NCBI GenBank assembly: GCA_052034935.1
Contig: JBPOIB010000004.1
Span: 9,896-73,895 of the forward strand
Length of the DNA: 64,000 bases
Direction: 5' to 3'
Origin: Candidatus Moraniibacteriota bacterium
GTDB lineage: Bacteria; Patescibacteriota; Minisyncoccia; Moranbacterales; UBA1568
Every line of letters starts with the position of its first letter. Positions within the stretch are counted from its first letter, which is position 1. Both the position numbers and the translations under genes were made by a program. Below the pieces are notes generated by a model that ran no database searches, was not told the DNA's origin, and was given only the letters and a program-made list of their open reading frames with translations. Positions 35,147-45,744 of this stretch are shown here, in pieces.

Positions 35147-36238
35147 TCAGAAAACGATCTGCTTCGGCATGATGTTGACGGAGGACTGTGTCGCATCGTA
35201 GACATTGCCGGCATAGAGCGCTCCAGGCAGGCCGCGAGCGGCGGCGATGGCGATGACCTGCTCGACGTGCTCTTGTGGCAGGTAGCAGGCAAAGCCGGCG
35301 CCCATGTTGTAGGCACCGAACATCTGCTCGTCAGAAAGCCCCATGCCTGACTGGATGAACGGGAAGATCTCCGGAACTTCCGGCATCGACCTGATGACAT
35401 ACTCGAACGGCTTCGGATGCCGCATCACCTTGCGCCAGCCGTGCCCGGTCATGTTGGCCAGGTAGTGGAGGGGGATGTCAGCATCGAGACAGTCCACCAC
35501 CACGTTGACATAGAGATGTGTCGGATCGAGCAGCACCTCGCCGAACATGCGTCCGCTCGGAAGCCGGGTGAGATAGCCATCGGGCAGCTTCGCGGCGAGC
35601 TTCCGGGCCGTGGAGAGACCGTTGGCGTGAATGCCGGACGATGGGAGAAACACGATGGCATCGCCTGACTGGAGACTGCTGCCGTCGATGTACGGCCACG
35701 CCGCCGGCATCACCGAAGTTACCACCACCGCCATGTCGGTCTCCTTGGGCAGAACGATGCCCGCGAGTGCTGGCGTCTCGCCGCCGCCCCAGGTGCAGCT
35801 GATGCTGTCGCAGGCCGCCCGGTAGCCTTCCATGATCGCCGTGACCCGGGCCAGATCATCGAACCAGTCCGAGTGACCGGCGGCGTGGTACGGCTGCATG
35901 ATCTGTGGCGGCTGCCCGGAAGTCACGACATCGTTGGCCGCCATCGCGAGCGTGTCCTGGCCGAGTCCGAAGAAGTACTGGGAATCGCCGGTGTGCCTGT
36001 ACATGGCTTGGGCCACGGCGCTCTTGGTTCCGAGGCACTCGATCGTCTGCGTCAACCGGTCGCCGTTCGACAACTGGATGGCGTAATAGCTCTGGCCGCG
36101 GCAGCCCGGAATTTCTCGCATCCCCCAGCGGGCGAGGTGCCGGGCTGTCAAAGCAGCCTGCTCACGGGCGATGACCGTAGCCGGATCGATGAGGTCATAG
36201 TTCACGCCCGAGGCCAGGTTCACTTGTGGCTCTGTCAT
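35147..36238 (-). CDS. PurM-like (AIR synthase-related) family protein
   Basis: About 360 aa with a GGET motif and PurM-like N- and C-domains. Start chosen at ATG 36238, 7 nt after AGGAG. Confidence 0.6.
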   Translation of the reverse strand: MTEPQVNLASGVNYDLIDPATVIAREQAALTARHLARWGMREIPGCRGQSYYAIQLSNGDRLTQTIECLGTKSAVAQAMYRHTGDSQYFFGLGQDTLAMAANDVVTSGQPPQIMQPYHAAGHSDWFDDLARVTAIMEGYRAACDSISCTWGGGETPALAGIVLPKETDMAVVVTSVMPAAWPYIDGSSLQSGDAIVFLPSSGIHANGLSTARKLAAKLPDGYLTRLPSGRMFGEVLLDPTHLYVNVVVDCLDADIPLHYLANMTGHGWRKVMRHPKPFEYVIRSMPEVPEIFPFIQSGMGLSDEQMFGAYNMGAGFACYLPQEHVEQVIAIAAARGLPGALYAGNVYDATQSSVNIMPKQIVF

Positions 36239-36346
36239 GAGGAAATCTCCTGTTTTCAAGGTTTGTTCAACCGGACCATCCAGCCAAACATGGCCCCACC
36301 CTATCGGGAATTAGACTGATGGTCAAGTGTACTCCGGCCGGGAAAT

Positions 36347-37483
36347 TTGCCTGAAAACCGGCCTTCGCCTAGAATGGCTCTCTATATAATTATGAACGAG
36401 TCATTCGCCTTCCATCTCCTGAACTCCCTCCCCGGCTGCGGCGCCAAGACCATCCGCTTCTTGGTCGGAGCCTTCGGATCCGCGGAAGCTGCTTGGGAAG
36501 CCCCAGAATCCGATTGGATCACCCTAGGACAGTCTCGTCTCGTCACTATCGCGAGCGAGCGATCCGGCATCGATGAAGAAAGAGAAAAGGAGTTGCTCGA
36601 GAAAAGTCAGATTACCATTATCCCCTTCACTGATCCTGATTTTCCCACTCTCCTTGCTGAAATTACCGATCCACCAGCACTGATCTATATCCGCGGTACC
36701 TATCGCGATTGGAACACGAAACCGCATATCGCTATCGTCGGATCGCGTAAATCAACCAACTATGGGAAACAGGTTGCTCAAGAGCTTTCCCGAGCACTCG
36801 CGAAAGCTGGGTACACGGTTATTTCCGGTCTCGCCTTTGGAATTGATGCTATCGCTCATGAAGCGACACTTGAAGCGCATGGATCAACGATCGCTATCCT
36901 TGGCAGCGGTATCGATGATGCCTCCATTTCTCCGCAAAGCCACCTTCGGCTCGCTCAGGATATCCTCAAAACCGGAGCACTTATCTCCGAACTCGGACCA
37001 GGGACGAACGCGAGCACCGGGACGTTTCCGGCACGGAACCGCATCATGGCCGGACTCTGCCAGGGTGTAATTGTCGTCGAAGCGGCTGAAGAATCCGGTT
37101 CGCTTATCACGGCGCGGCTCGCGCTCGACTACAATCGCGAAGTCTTCGCCGTACCAGGTTCGATCTTTTCTCCCGCCTCAACCGGCACCCACCTCCTCCT
37201 GAAGCAAGGAGCAAAGCTCGTGACCGGCATTCAAGACATCTTGAGTGAGCTCGAAGGTTCGCTTGTCCCAATCAAAGAGACTCCACAAAAACAAGAGCTG
37301 CCCACTCTCGAACCCGACGAAGAGCGTGTCTATGCCGCGCTCACTCATGAAGGACTTCACATTGACAATGTCATCGCCGCCGCTAGACTGGAGACAACCC
37401 GTGTGAATATGATTCTCACCAAGCTCGAGCTCCGCGGTCTTGCCAAAAATATCGGGAACATGCATTATACGCGCGGACGCTAA
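36347..37483 (+). CDS. dprA: DNA processing protein A (DprA/Smf family)
   Basis: HIAIVGSRKSTNYGKQVAQEL...GLAFGIDAIAHEA Rossmann-like DprA core. Start uncertain between 36347 and 36392. Confidence 0.85.
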   Translation: MPENRPSPRMALYIIMNESFAFHLLNSLPGCGAKTIRFLVGAFGSAEAAWEAPESDWITLGQSRLVTIASERSGIDEEREKELLEKSQITIIPFTDPDFPTLLAEITDPPALIYIRGTYRDWNTKPHIAIVGSRKSTNYGKQVAQELSRALAKAGYTVISGLAFGIDAIAHEATLEAHGSTIAILGSGIDDASISPQSHLRLAQDILKTGALISELGPGTNASTGTFPARNRIMAGLCQGVIVVEAAEESGSLITARLALDYNREVFAVPGSIFSPASTGTHLLLKQGAKLVTGIQDILSELEGSLVPIKETPQKQELPTLEPDEERVYAALTHEGLHIDNVIAAARLETTRVNMILTKLELRGLAKNIGNMHYTRGR

Positions 37484-37501
37484 CCCACACCTACCTCTTT
37501 C

Positions 37502-39718
37502 ATGAAACTTCTCATTGTCGAATCCCCTTCCAAAGCGAAGACGATTGAAAAATATCTCGACGGCGAATACAAGGTCGTCGCCTCGATCGGCCATATCCGC
37601 GATCTTCCCAAAAGCAACAAGGCAGCCATCGATATCAAGGCCGGCTTCGTGCCGAACTATGTCATCAGTCCCGGCAAGGAAGCGGTCGTCGAATCGATCA
37701 AGAAACTCGCCAAGAAAAGTTCGACGGTGCTGCTTGCGACCGACCCCGACCGCGAGGGCGAGGCGATCGCCTGGCATCTCGCCGTCACCTGCGGGCTGAA
37801 GAAACCGGCCCGGGTGCTTTTTTATGAAATCACGCCCGCCGCAGTGAAAGAGGCGATCGCTCACCCTCGACCGCTCGATGAGAACCTTCGCAAAGCCCAG
37901 GAAGCACGACGTGTTCTCGACCGGCTCGTCGGCTACGATCTCTCAGGTCTCATCTGGAAAAAGCTCCGCTACGGACTTTCCGCCGGACGAGTCCAGTCCC
38001 CGGCACTCCATATTCTGGCCCTGCGTGAGAAAGAAATTCAGGCTTTCATTCCAGAAGTTTTTTTCCAGTTCACCGGAGACTTCACCAATACGCTTGGAAA
38101 AGCCCTGACACTTACTCATACTACCGAGTCCCGACCGAAAGCTGATGAAGAAACCGCCAAGAAAGAAGCGGAAGATATCATCGAGCGCGGAAAGAAATCA
38201 ACCTGGACAATTGAGGATGTGAAAGAAACTCCAGCCAAGCGCAGTCCCTACGCGCCGTTTACGACGTCGACCTTGCAGCAGACCGCGAGCTCACGTCTCG
38301 GTTTCGCACCGAGTCGGACCATGAAGACAGCACAACGGCTCTATGAAGCCGGACATATCACCTACATGCGCACCGACTCGACGAATCTGAATAAGGATGC
38401 AGTCGCGAACATCCTCACACTCGTCGAAAAGACCTATGGCAAAGCCTCTGCCATACCCCGCGTCTTCAAGACGAAATCCAAGAATGCTCAGGAGGCACAT
38501 GAGGCGATCCGGCCGACGCATATCGATACGAAAATCTACGGTAAGACGGATGAGGAAAAGAGACTCTATGCGCTCATCCGCTCTCGTACGATAGCGTCGC
38601 AGATGGCCGATGCTGAGGTTCTCCGGACGAAAATATCCGCCCGGGCGAGCGACTCCGCCGTACCGCTTTTCTCTATGACTGGATCCATTGTCGTCTCGCC
38701 TGGCTGGCTTGCCGAAGATACGGCGGCTCGCGGAGAAGATACAGAGCTTCCGAAGGTCACTGTCGGCGAAGTGCTCGACCTCGTCTCGCTCGCGCACGAA
38801 GAGAAGTGGACCGAGCCGCCGAAGCGCTACACCGAAGCCGGACTCGTCAAAGAGCTTGAGAAACGCGGCATCGGCCGGCCATCGACGTATGCCTCGATCA
38901 TCCAGACGATACAGACGCGCGGTTACGTCGACAAAGACGGGCGGACGCTTATTCCGACCGAGACCGGACTCGTGGTTGATGATTTTCTCTCGCTCCACTT
39001 CGCCGAAATCCTTTCGGATGAATTCACGGCCACCATGGAGGATCAGCTCGATGAGATCGCTCTTGGAACACGAGAATACAAGAAAACGCTCAAGGATTTC
39101 TATGGTCCCTTCGCCAAAGAAGTGAAAAGTAAAGATAAGCTCGAGAAGATGTCGAACCTGGGCGACGCGCCGAACGAAATGCGCTGCCCCACGTGTGGCG
39201 GCGACATGATTATCAAACTGGGGCGAACCGGCAAGTTCTATAGCTGCGGCCGCTTTCCTGAATGTGTCGGGGCGCTCACGCTTGAGGGAAAGGTTGTCGA
39301 AGGACCGAAGGCAACCGGCGAGAAGTGCCCATCCTGCGAGAAGGGTGAGCTCGTGGAGCGCGAGGGACGTTTCGGGCGTTTCGTCGCCTGTAGCAACTAT
39401 CCGAAATGCAAATATGTAAAAAAGGATGATCCGGCGAATCTCGTCACTACTGGCGTAAAATGTCCGGTCTGCCAGAAAGGTGAAATGGCGGAACGCCGTG
39501 GCCGCTTCGGCATCTTCTACAGCTGTTCGAACTACCCTGACTGCAAACATGCGATCAAGGCCAAGCCAACTGGCGGACTGTGCACCTATAATCGCGACGA
39601 TCAAGACAACAAAGAATGCGGTGCACTTATGATGGAGGGGACAAAAACTATACCCGAGCGCTGCAGTGACAAGACCTGTCCGAATCACAACCCGCACAAG
39701 CTCGGAGAAAAGGGATAG
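37502..39718 (+). CDS. topA: DNA topoisomerase I with C-terminal C4 zinc ribbons
   Basis: Toprim N-terminus (LLIVESPSKAKTIEKYL), active-site Tyr region, and four CxxC...CxxC zinc ribbons at the C-terminus; 738 aa. Confidence 0.95.
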   Translation: MKLLIVESPSKAKTIEKYLDGEYKVVASIGHIRDLPKSNKAAIDIKAGFVPNYVISPGKEAVVESIKKLAKKSSTVLLATDPDREGEAIAWHLAVTCGLKKPARVLFYEITPAAVKEAIAHPRPLDENLRKAQEARRVLDRLVGYDLSGLIWKKLRYGLSAGRVQSPALHILALREKEIQAFIPEVFFQFTGDFTNTLGKALTLTHTTESRPKADEETAKKEAEDIIERGKKSTWTIEDVKETPAKRSPYAPFTTSTLQQTASSRLGFAPSRTMKTAQRLYEAGHITYMRTDSTNLNKDAVANILTLVEKTYGKASAIPRVFKTKSKNAQEAHEAIRPTHIDTKIYGKTDEEKRLYALIRSRTIASQMADAEVLRTKISARASDSAVPLFSMTGSIVVSPGWLAEDTAARGEDTELPKVTVGEVLDLVSLAHEEKWTEPPKRYTEAGLVKELEKRGIGRPSTYASIIQTIQTRGYVDKDGRTLIPTETGLVVDDFLSLHFAEILSDEFTATMEDQLDEIALGTREYKKTLKDFYGPFAKEVKSKDKLEKMSNLGDAPNEMRCPTCGGDMIIKLGRTGKFYSCGRFPECVGALTLEGKVVEGPKATGEKCPSCEKGELVEREGRFGRFVACSNYPKCKYVKKDDPANLVTTGVKCPVCQKGEMAERRGRFGIFYSCSNYPDCKHAIKAKPTGGLCTYNRDDQDNKECGALMMEGTKTIPERCSDKTCPNHNPHKLGEKG

Positions 39719-39744
39719 CCCAGGGATATTTTAAAAAAGGAAAA

Positions 39745-39780
39745 CGGCGAGAGCACAGCATTGCTCTCGCCGTTCATTTT
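39745..39780. terminator. Bidirectional intrinsic terminator after topA
   Basis: CGGCGAGAGCA-CAGCAT-TGCTCTCGCCG hairpin followed by TTCATTTT. Confidence 0.75.
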
Positions 39781-39796
39781 CGCCCAGAACCTGGGC

Positions 39797-40267
39797 TCAG
39801 GCCGTGGCCGACTCCTCGGCCAGCTGGATGGGATTCGGGACCATCTCCCTGGGGTTGATGAACCAATCCCAACGACCAACGATTCCGACATTGAGCCGGA
39901 AGCGCTGCTCACTGCCAGGCAACGTAAGGATGAGACTGACGCCCGGCCCCTCTTCATCCGGCACGATCGCCAGATTGGTGACATGGCGAGCGATCACCAT
40001 CATTTCCATCACCTCGGTTTCGAGGTTGAGATAGTCGCGGCCGAGCATGGCAAGATCGAAGTGTTGCTGGCTGAACCAGTCGGCAACCACCGGGGTTTCC
40101 TCTGGCCGAACCAGCCGCGCACGAATGTGCCGATGACTCTTGATGCCAGGGAGTTTCTCGGCCCAGAAAGAAATGTCGACACCAGGGCACAGTCGGCAGC
40201 CCGACCATACGACATGACCCATGTCACGGAGAACGGAAACGGCCGGCTGGACTTGCGTTTGATTCAT
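39797..40267 (-). CDS. Hypothetical protein (156 aa)
   Basis: GAGGA SD before ATG 40267. The longer ORF to 40396 has no ribosome-binding site. Confidence 0.5.
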   Translation of the reverse strand: MNQTQVQPAVSVLRDMGHVVWSGCRLCPGVDISFWAEKLPGIKSHRHIRARLVRPEETPVVADWFSQQHFDLAMLGRDYLNLETEVMEMMVIARHVTNLAIVPDEEGPGVSLILTLPGSEQRFRLNVGIVGRWDWFINPREMVPNPIQLAEESATA

Positions 40268-40456
40268 GTAATCCTCGTGGAGTAAATTTTTCAGGAACAA
40301 CGGGCTGAAACAAAAAAGCATCACACCGATTCTACATCTTTGTAATGCTTTTTGTTTGCCAATAGTATACATGAAAAAACTATTCCTGTCAATCAAATAC
40401 GACTGGATTTTAAGGCTTATACAAGCTTTTTTATCGAAATATACCGATGGGGGAAA

Positions 40457-41203
40457 TTACTCAAAAAATACCAGTCCAAGCATCGCAGCGATACCGGCGA
40501 TGACGGCGACTAATTGATACACCGAGTCCCTGGTCCGTTTGGTCTTGTGCAGTTCAGGAATGAGATCAGCGACCGCAATATAAATGAATCCTCCCGCAGT
40601 CAGAGGAACGAAATACGCCGCAATTGGCTCGGCAAATTCTCCGATAGCGAAGAAGAGTGCTGCTCCGAGAAGGGCGGAGAGGGCAGAAAGGAAATTGAGG
40701 CATAGGGCGTGCTTTTTCGTATAGCCGGCATGAAGCAGTACTGCGAAGTCCCCGACTTCCTGCGGTATCTCATGAAGGATGACAGCGAGCGTCGTAGCAA
40801 GGCCGACCGGGAGACTTACCGTGAAGCTGGCCGCAATGACAACACCATCAAGAAAGTTATGTACGCCATCCGATACGAGAATGAGCTTCCCAACCGGATG
40901 AACACCCTCTTTCCCAAGGTCTTCTCCGTGATGATGCCAGTGCAGGAATTTTTCCAAAATAAAAAAGGCGAGGATACCAATGATGATAAGGACACTGACG
41001 AGACCGGTATTCTCAGTCTCCTCAAAAGCCTCGGGTATGAGATGAATAAATGCGTCGCCGAGCAATGCCCCGACAGCAACACTGATAAAAAGAAAGAGGT
41101 ATTTACGAAATAACTCTTCCTTAAAGGACAGGAGTAAAATTCCCGTCAACGAAAGCAGACTGACCGCGACAACGCTTCCGAAAGTATAGAGGTAGAGATC
41201 CAT
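40457..41203 (-). CDS. ZIP-family (ZupT-like) divalent metal transporter
   Basis: Polytopic, with the HEIPQEVGDFAVL motif typical of ZIP transporters. Downstream of zur on the same strand. Confidence 0.85.
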   Translation of the reverse strand: MDLYLYTFGSVVAVSLLSLTGILLLSFKEELFRKYLFLFISVAVGALLGDAFIHLIPEAFEETENTGLVSVLIIIGILAFFILEKFLHWHHHGEDLGKEGVHPVGKLILVSDGVHNFLDGVVIAASFTVSLPVGLATTLAVILHEIPQEVGDFAVLLHAGYTKKHALCLNFLSALSALLGAALFFAIGEFAEPIAAYFVPLTAGGFIYIAVADLIPELHKTKRTRDSVYQLVAVIAGIAAMLGLVFFE

Positions 41204-41225
41204 AATGTGAGATTTAGACTTCTTT

Positions 41226-41654
41226 TTATATACACATCCGGCAACGACCGAAGAATTCCAATGAGTGGTGAATGACTGAAAAACCACTCTGTAGAGCGAG
41301 GCGTTCCCCTTGCTTCAAAAAATCAGACTCATCCAAGAGAACATCCTCCACTTTGTCGCATTTCAGACAAACGAAATGATGGTGATGTCCGCGCTCAGTA
41401 AGCTCAAAGTATTGCTTCCGATCACTCACGATGACCCGGCGAATAATCTCCGCCTGCTCGAGAGCCGCAAGGTCACGATAAATGGTCGTCTTATTCGCTT
41501 TCCTTCCCGCTTCATGGCAAAGGGCGACGATTTCCGGTGGGGCAAGTGGGCCGACAGCCTCATGAAGCACCGCCAAAAGCACCTGCCGTGTCTTCGTACT
41601 TCGCAGTTCCGCCTCTGACATTTTTTGATGACAGCACTCATCCATATATTTCAT
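41226..41654 (-). CDS. zur: Fur-family metalloregulator, likely Zur
   Basis: HHHHFVCLKCDKV and C-terminal CxxC structural zinc motifs; operon with the ZIP transporter. The true start may be ATG 41621 because a promoter overlaps 41654. Confidence 0.8.
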   Translation of the reverse strand: MKYMDECCHQKMSEAELRSTKTRQVLLAVLHEAVGPLAPPEIVALCHEAGRKANKTTIYRDLAALEQAEIIRRVIVSDRKQYFELTERGHHHHFVCLKCDKVEDVLLDESDFLKQGERLALQSGFSVIHHSLEFFGRCRMCI

Positions 41655-41680
41655 ATTAGCAACTTAGTTGCTTTTGTCAA
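41653..41680 (-). promoter_or_regulatory. zur promoter with embedded palindromic operator
   Basis: Minus strand reads TTGACA, a 16-nt spacer, then TAATAT. The spacer is the perfect 7-1-7 palindrome AGCAACTtAGTTGCT (41658-41672), a candidate Zur box. Confidence 0.4.
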
Positions 41681-41781
41681 GAACCGGAAAAATTCCGTTT
41701 GAAGGGAGTGCACGAACATGAGAGAATGGGCTAGCTAGATTAAGTTCGCCTTACCTTCCTTCCGCCATCATCAGATTCCAT

Positions 41782-43299
41782 GTGTCATCTTTCCCTATGA
41801 TCCCGATCACCCTTGAGGACGTTCTCAAAACGAGCCGCTTCCCGCTCAAAAGCGATCAGGAAAAGCAGTTCCGTGAGGCGTATGCTTTTGCCGAAAAAGC
41901 CCACGAGGGGCAGCTTCGCCGTTCCGGCGAGCCCTATATCACCCACTCGCTCCATGTCTCGAAGATTCTGGCTGAAATCGGTATGGATACAACCACTCTC
42001 ATTGCCGGCCTGCTTCATGACGTCCCCGAGGATACAGCCGTCACCCTCGAAGAGATCGAGAAGCGTTTCGGCGCCGACGTCGCCTACCTCGTCGACGGCA
42101 TCACCAAGCTCGGAAAAATCAAACTTCGCGGATCGCACGAGGAATACTTCCTCGAAAACCTTCGCAAGATGTTTCTCGCGATGGCGAAAGATATCCGCGT
42201 CGTCATCATCAAGCTTGCCGACCGACTGCACAATATGCGGACACTCGAGCATGTCCCGCCGGAAAAGCAGCTCCGCATCGCCCGCGAAACAATGGAGATC
42301 TATGGGCCGATTGCCAATCGTCTCGGCATCGGTGAAATCAAAGGCGAGCTCGAGGACCTCTGTTTCCGGTATCTCGATCCCGAGCACTATCGGCAGACGA
42401 AGGAAATTGAGGAGACCTATCTCTATAAAGGGAAAGCCTACATGGATGAGACCGTCGCCCTTTTTCGGAACCTGCTCAAGAAAGAAAAGATAAGTCTACT
42501 CGAGATCAGCGGGAGAACGAAATTCCTTTACCGCCTTTTCAAGAAGCTGGAGCGGCACGACATGGACATCACTCGGATCTATGATCTCGTCGCAATCCGT
42601 ATCATCGTTCCGGAGGTCGCCGACTGCTACGAAGCGCTCGGCATCATCCATCGCGAGTACCGGCCGATGATCGGTCGGATCAAGGATTATATCTCTCTCC
42701 CGAAACCAAACGGCTATCAATCGCTTCACACCACCGTCTTCGGTCCCGAGGGACGGATTCTCGAAATCCAAATCCGGACGGAAAAGATGCATACCGAGGC
42801 GGAGTTCGGTATCGCCGCCCATTGGATCTACACCGAGCGCGATCGGCGCGGCTGGAAGAACCTCTTCGCCCGGAAAAAAGCAGCGGTCGCTGAGCAGCCA
42901 AAGGGTCTCGAGTGGGTTCGCCAGCTCCAAGAATGGCAGAAAGAAATCGGCCGGGATGATGACGAATTCCTTCAGGGACTCCAGATCGATTTTTTCAAAA
43001 ACCACATCTTCGCTTTCACGCCAAAAGGTGACATCATCGAGCTGCCGGAAGATGCGACTCCGATCGATTTCGCCTACTCAATCCACAGCGAGGTCGGCAA
43101 TGCGGCGAGCGGCGCCAAGGCCGATGGCAAGATTATTCCGCTCAATCAGCCCATCCAGAACGGCCAAGTCATCGAGATTTTGACGGAAAAGAACAAGAAA
43201 AAACCGAGCTACGACTGGCTCGATTTCGCCAAAACAGCTAATGCCAAAGCGCATATCCGCCGGGCGCTCAGAAGTGACGGGCTCTTCGAAAAGCACTAG
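41782..43299 (+). CDS. rel: Bifunctional (p)ppGpp synthetase/hydrolase (Rel/RSH), HD + synthetase + TGS domains
   Basis: HD motif LLHDVPEDT, synthetase motif YRPMIGRIKDYISLPKPNGYQSLHTTV, TGS domain near IFAFTPKGDIIELP. 505 aa with no ACT domain. Confidence 0.9.
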   Translation: MSSFPMIPITLEDVLKTSRFPLKSDQEKQFREAYAFAEKAHEGQLRRSGEPYITHSLHVSKILAEIGMDTTTLIAGLLHDVPEDTAVTLEEIEKRFGADVAYLVDGITKLGKIKLRGSHEEYFLENLRKMFLAMAKDIRVVIIKLADRLHNMRTLEHVPPEKQLRIARETMEIYGPIANRLGIGEIKGELEDLCFRYLDPEHYRQTKEIEETYLYKGKAYMDETVALFRNLLKKEKISLLEISGRTKFLYRLFKKLERHDMDITRIYDLVAIRIIVPEVADCYEALGIIHREYRPMIGRIKDYISLPKPNGYQSLHTTVFGPEGRILEIQIRTEKMHTEAEFGIAAHWIYTERDRRGWKNLFARKKAAVAEQPKGLEWVRQLQEWQKEIGRDDDEFLQGLQIDFFKNHIFAFTPKGDIIELPEDATPIDFAYSIHSEVGNAASGAKADGKIIPLNQPIQNGQVIEILTEKNKKKPSYDWLDFAKTANAKAHIRRALRSDGLFEKH

Positions 43300-45048
43300 C
43301 TATTCTTTCGTCGCCCGCATCACTTCTTCGATCGCGGTCACTCCCTGGACGATTTTGAGAAATCCATCCTCGACCATGGTCGCCATACCGTTTGTCCGGG
43401 CTTGGTTCTCGATTTGTTCGCTCGTTGCCGACTGTGTCACGAGCTTGCGGATATCAGTATCCATCTCGAGCACCTCATAGACGCCAACGCGGCCGCGATA
43501 CCCCTCATTGTTGCACTGCTCGCAACCGGCCGCCTTATAGAGTTCGATATCCTCCCAGGCAGAAATCTTCTCGACGATTTTCTTCGCTGCCGGTTCCTTC
43601 TTCAGGAATGCCATAACGCTTTCAAGGTCATAGAGCTTGCCGAGCGACTCAACCTCTTTCGAGTCAAGCTTGTAGGGCTTGCGACAATCTGGACAGAGTC
43701 GGCGGACGAGGCGCTGAGCGATGATGACATTCACCGTCGAGGCAATAAGAAACGGCTCGGCGCCCATATCGAGCATGCGCGGCAAAGTGGCAGCAGCTGA
43801 GTTCGTGTGCAACGTCGAAAGAACAAGGTGTCCGGTCATCGCCGCGTGGAGCGCAATCTCAAGCGTTTCCTCATCACGGATCTCGCCGACCATGATGATA
43901 TCCGGATCCTGGCGCAGCAACGCTCGGAGCGCGGCGGCAAACGTCATCCCGACCTTCGGATTGATCTGGGTCTGATTCACGCGCTGCATCCGATACTCAA
44001 CCGGATCCTCAACCGTCGAGATATTCACATCCGGTGTATTCAGGATATCCATCGCAGTATAGAGCGTCGTCGTCTTCCCCGATCCCGTCGGACCAGTAAC
44101 GAGAATAATGCCGTTCGGCTTTCCTATTTCACGCCGCACTTTCTCTAGCGGTTCGCCGAGGAGTCCCATTTTTTCGAGAGTAAGCCCATGCGACGATTCA
44201 TCCAAAAGACGCATCACTATTTTCTCACCATCAAAAATCGGGAGGATACTGACGCGAAACGCAATCTTGTATTCTTCTTTTTCGATCTTGAAGCGGCCAT
44301 CCTGCGGCAGGCGGTGTTCATCGAGTTTCAGATTGGAAAGCACCTTGATACGCGCCACGATGCCGGCAGCTACATCCTTCGGCAGCGTCATCGCATCATG
44401 AAGTACTCCATCGATACGGTAACGAACAACAACCTCTTTTTCCAGCGGTTCGATATGGATATCGGAAGCGGATTGCAGAATCGCATGTTTCAGAAGAGTA
44501 TCAACCACCCGGATAATCGGCAGGCCGGCGGCGATCTTTTCAAGATCACCGTCTTTCTCCTCCTCTTTTCCTTTATTCACCTCATCCGTCAGGATGTCCC
44601 CGAACTCAGCTTTCAGACTCTTCTCATACTGTCGGAGCACGCCCTGGATACTCTCTCGAGACGTAAGACAGGGGATAATTTTCAGCCCAGTTTTTTTCTT
44701 GATAAAATCAATCGTCTGAATATCCTCTGGATTGAGCATGGCCACCTTCAGGTTGGACCCTGTTTTCTGAAACGCAACGATATTGTATTTCTTCGCAATC
44801 GGCTCCGGAACGATCGAAAGAATATCGAAAGGAATCGTTTCTTTGGAAAGATCAACGAACGGGATGCCAAGCACATAGGCATAGACTTTCTGAAGCTCGG
44901 ACTCCTCGATGTATTTTTTCTCAAGCAGACAGGCTGCTAGCTCTTTCCCCTCGGCCGCACACTCCTTGATGGCAAGCTCAAGCTTGTCTTTCGGGATAAC
45001 ATTTGAGTCGAGGAGGAACTCCTGCAGTTGTCCGGGTTTGATACGCAT
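43300..45048 (-). CDS. Type II secretion / type IV pilus assembly ATPase (GspE/PilB family)
   Basis: N-terminal GSPII_E_N-like domain and Walker A VTGPTGSGKTTTL with a tetracysteine motif. Start at ATG 45048. Confidence 0.85.
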   Translation of the reverse strand: MRIKPGQLQEFLLDSNVIPKDKLELAIKECAAEGKELAACLLEKKYIEESELQKVYAYVLGIPFVDLSKETIPFDILSIVPEPIAKKYNIVAFQKTGSNLKVAMLNPEDIQTIDFIKKKTGLKIIPCLTSRESIQGVLRQYEKSLKAEFGDILTDEVNKGKEEEKDGDLEKIAAGLPIIRVVDTLLKHAILQSASDIHIEPLEKEVVVRYRIDGVLHDAMTLPKDVAAGIVARIKVLSNLKLDEHRLPQDGRFKIEKEEYKIAFRVSILPIFDGEKIVMRLLDESSHGLTLEKMGLLGEPLEKVRREIGKPNGIILVTGPTGSGKTTTLYTAMDILNTPDVNISTVEDPVEYRMQRVNQTQINPKVGMTFAAALRALLRQDPDIIMVGEIRDEETLEIALHAAMTGHLVLSTLHTNSAAATLPRMLDMGAEPFLIASTVNVIIAQRLVRRLCPDCRKPYKLDSKEVESLGKLYDLESVMAFLKKEPAAKKIVEKISAWEDIELYKAAGCEQCNNEGYRGRVGVYEVLEMDTDIRKLVTQSATSEQIENQARTNGMATMVEDGFLKIVQGVTAIEEVMRATKE

Positions 45049-45174
45049 GAAATCTGTACGTTTTTGTGTTTCTCTTGTCCTTATTATACAACACCCGCGC
45101 TCGAACAAATAAAGAAGGCCTGGCGTCCGTTCGGATGCCAGGCACTCGCTATCAAACAACGCCATGTGCCCTCT

Positions 45175-45744
45175 TCAGTGTCCGACAAGAAAGAGCATAT
45201 CCGGAGGACAGATATCCGACGTCGATATTCGGGCTTCCTGCTCGATATCCCAGTACTGCCGCGCGCCAAATAGGTCATAACGGAAACGGACCGCATGTTG
45301 CTCGGGTGTGCCAATACGGTAGCCGAGCGGCGCTGATGGATCCGGGGTTTGCGGCGCGCCACCCATCATCGCGAGGATGCACCGGCCATCCGGACGCAGG
45401 AAGGGACCGATCATTTCCGTCTGAGCAGCGAAAAGATCTTCGAGAAAGCAGAACGGCGTTTCGCCACGGCTCTCCGGCCAGCTGGTAAAGGCCGTTGAAA
45501 AGGAAATTTCGTACTTCAACTCCCATATCGAGAAGCGTTTGGCTGAGGCACCAGCGGGAGCTTTGCCAGTCGGAACGAACAGAGGCTGAATCCTGCTCTG
45601 GAATCCCGAACCGAGCTTGACTCTCCTCCCCTGCGTCAGGGAATTGAGGTATCGGCCAGGAATCACCTCTCGTCCGGGAAAAGGCAGCTCGATCACGGCT
45701 ATACAGCGAAAGAGCCCTGTTTCAGCGGGAAGGGTAAGTGCCAC
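45175..45744 (-). CDS. Hypothetical protein (GTG start)
   Basis: Strong AGGAGG SD 7 nt upstream of GTG 45744. Confidence 0.45.
   Translation of the reverse strand: MALTLPAETGLFRCIAVIELPFPGREVIPGRYLNSLTQGRRVKLGSGFQSRIQPLFVPTGKAPAGASAKRFSIWELKYEISFSTAFTSWPESRGETPFCFLEDLFAAQTEMIGPFLRPDGRCILAMMGGAPQTPDPSAPLGYRIGTPEQHAVRFRYDLFGARQYWDIEQEARISTSDICPPDMLFLVGH

Noticed and set aside
36347-36392. TATATAAT box just upstream of the dprA internal start as evidence for a specific start codon
   Set aside because: Three candidate ATGs (36347, 36374, 36392) lie within 45 nt and none has a clear SD. The start is left ambiguous and no promoter call is made.
38291-39697. 468-aa minus-strand ORF inside topA
   Set aside because: Antisense to a clearly conserved topoisomerase I gene. 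No start context.
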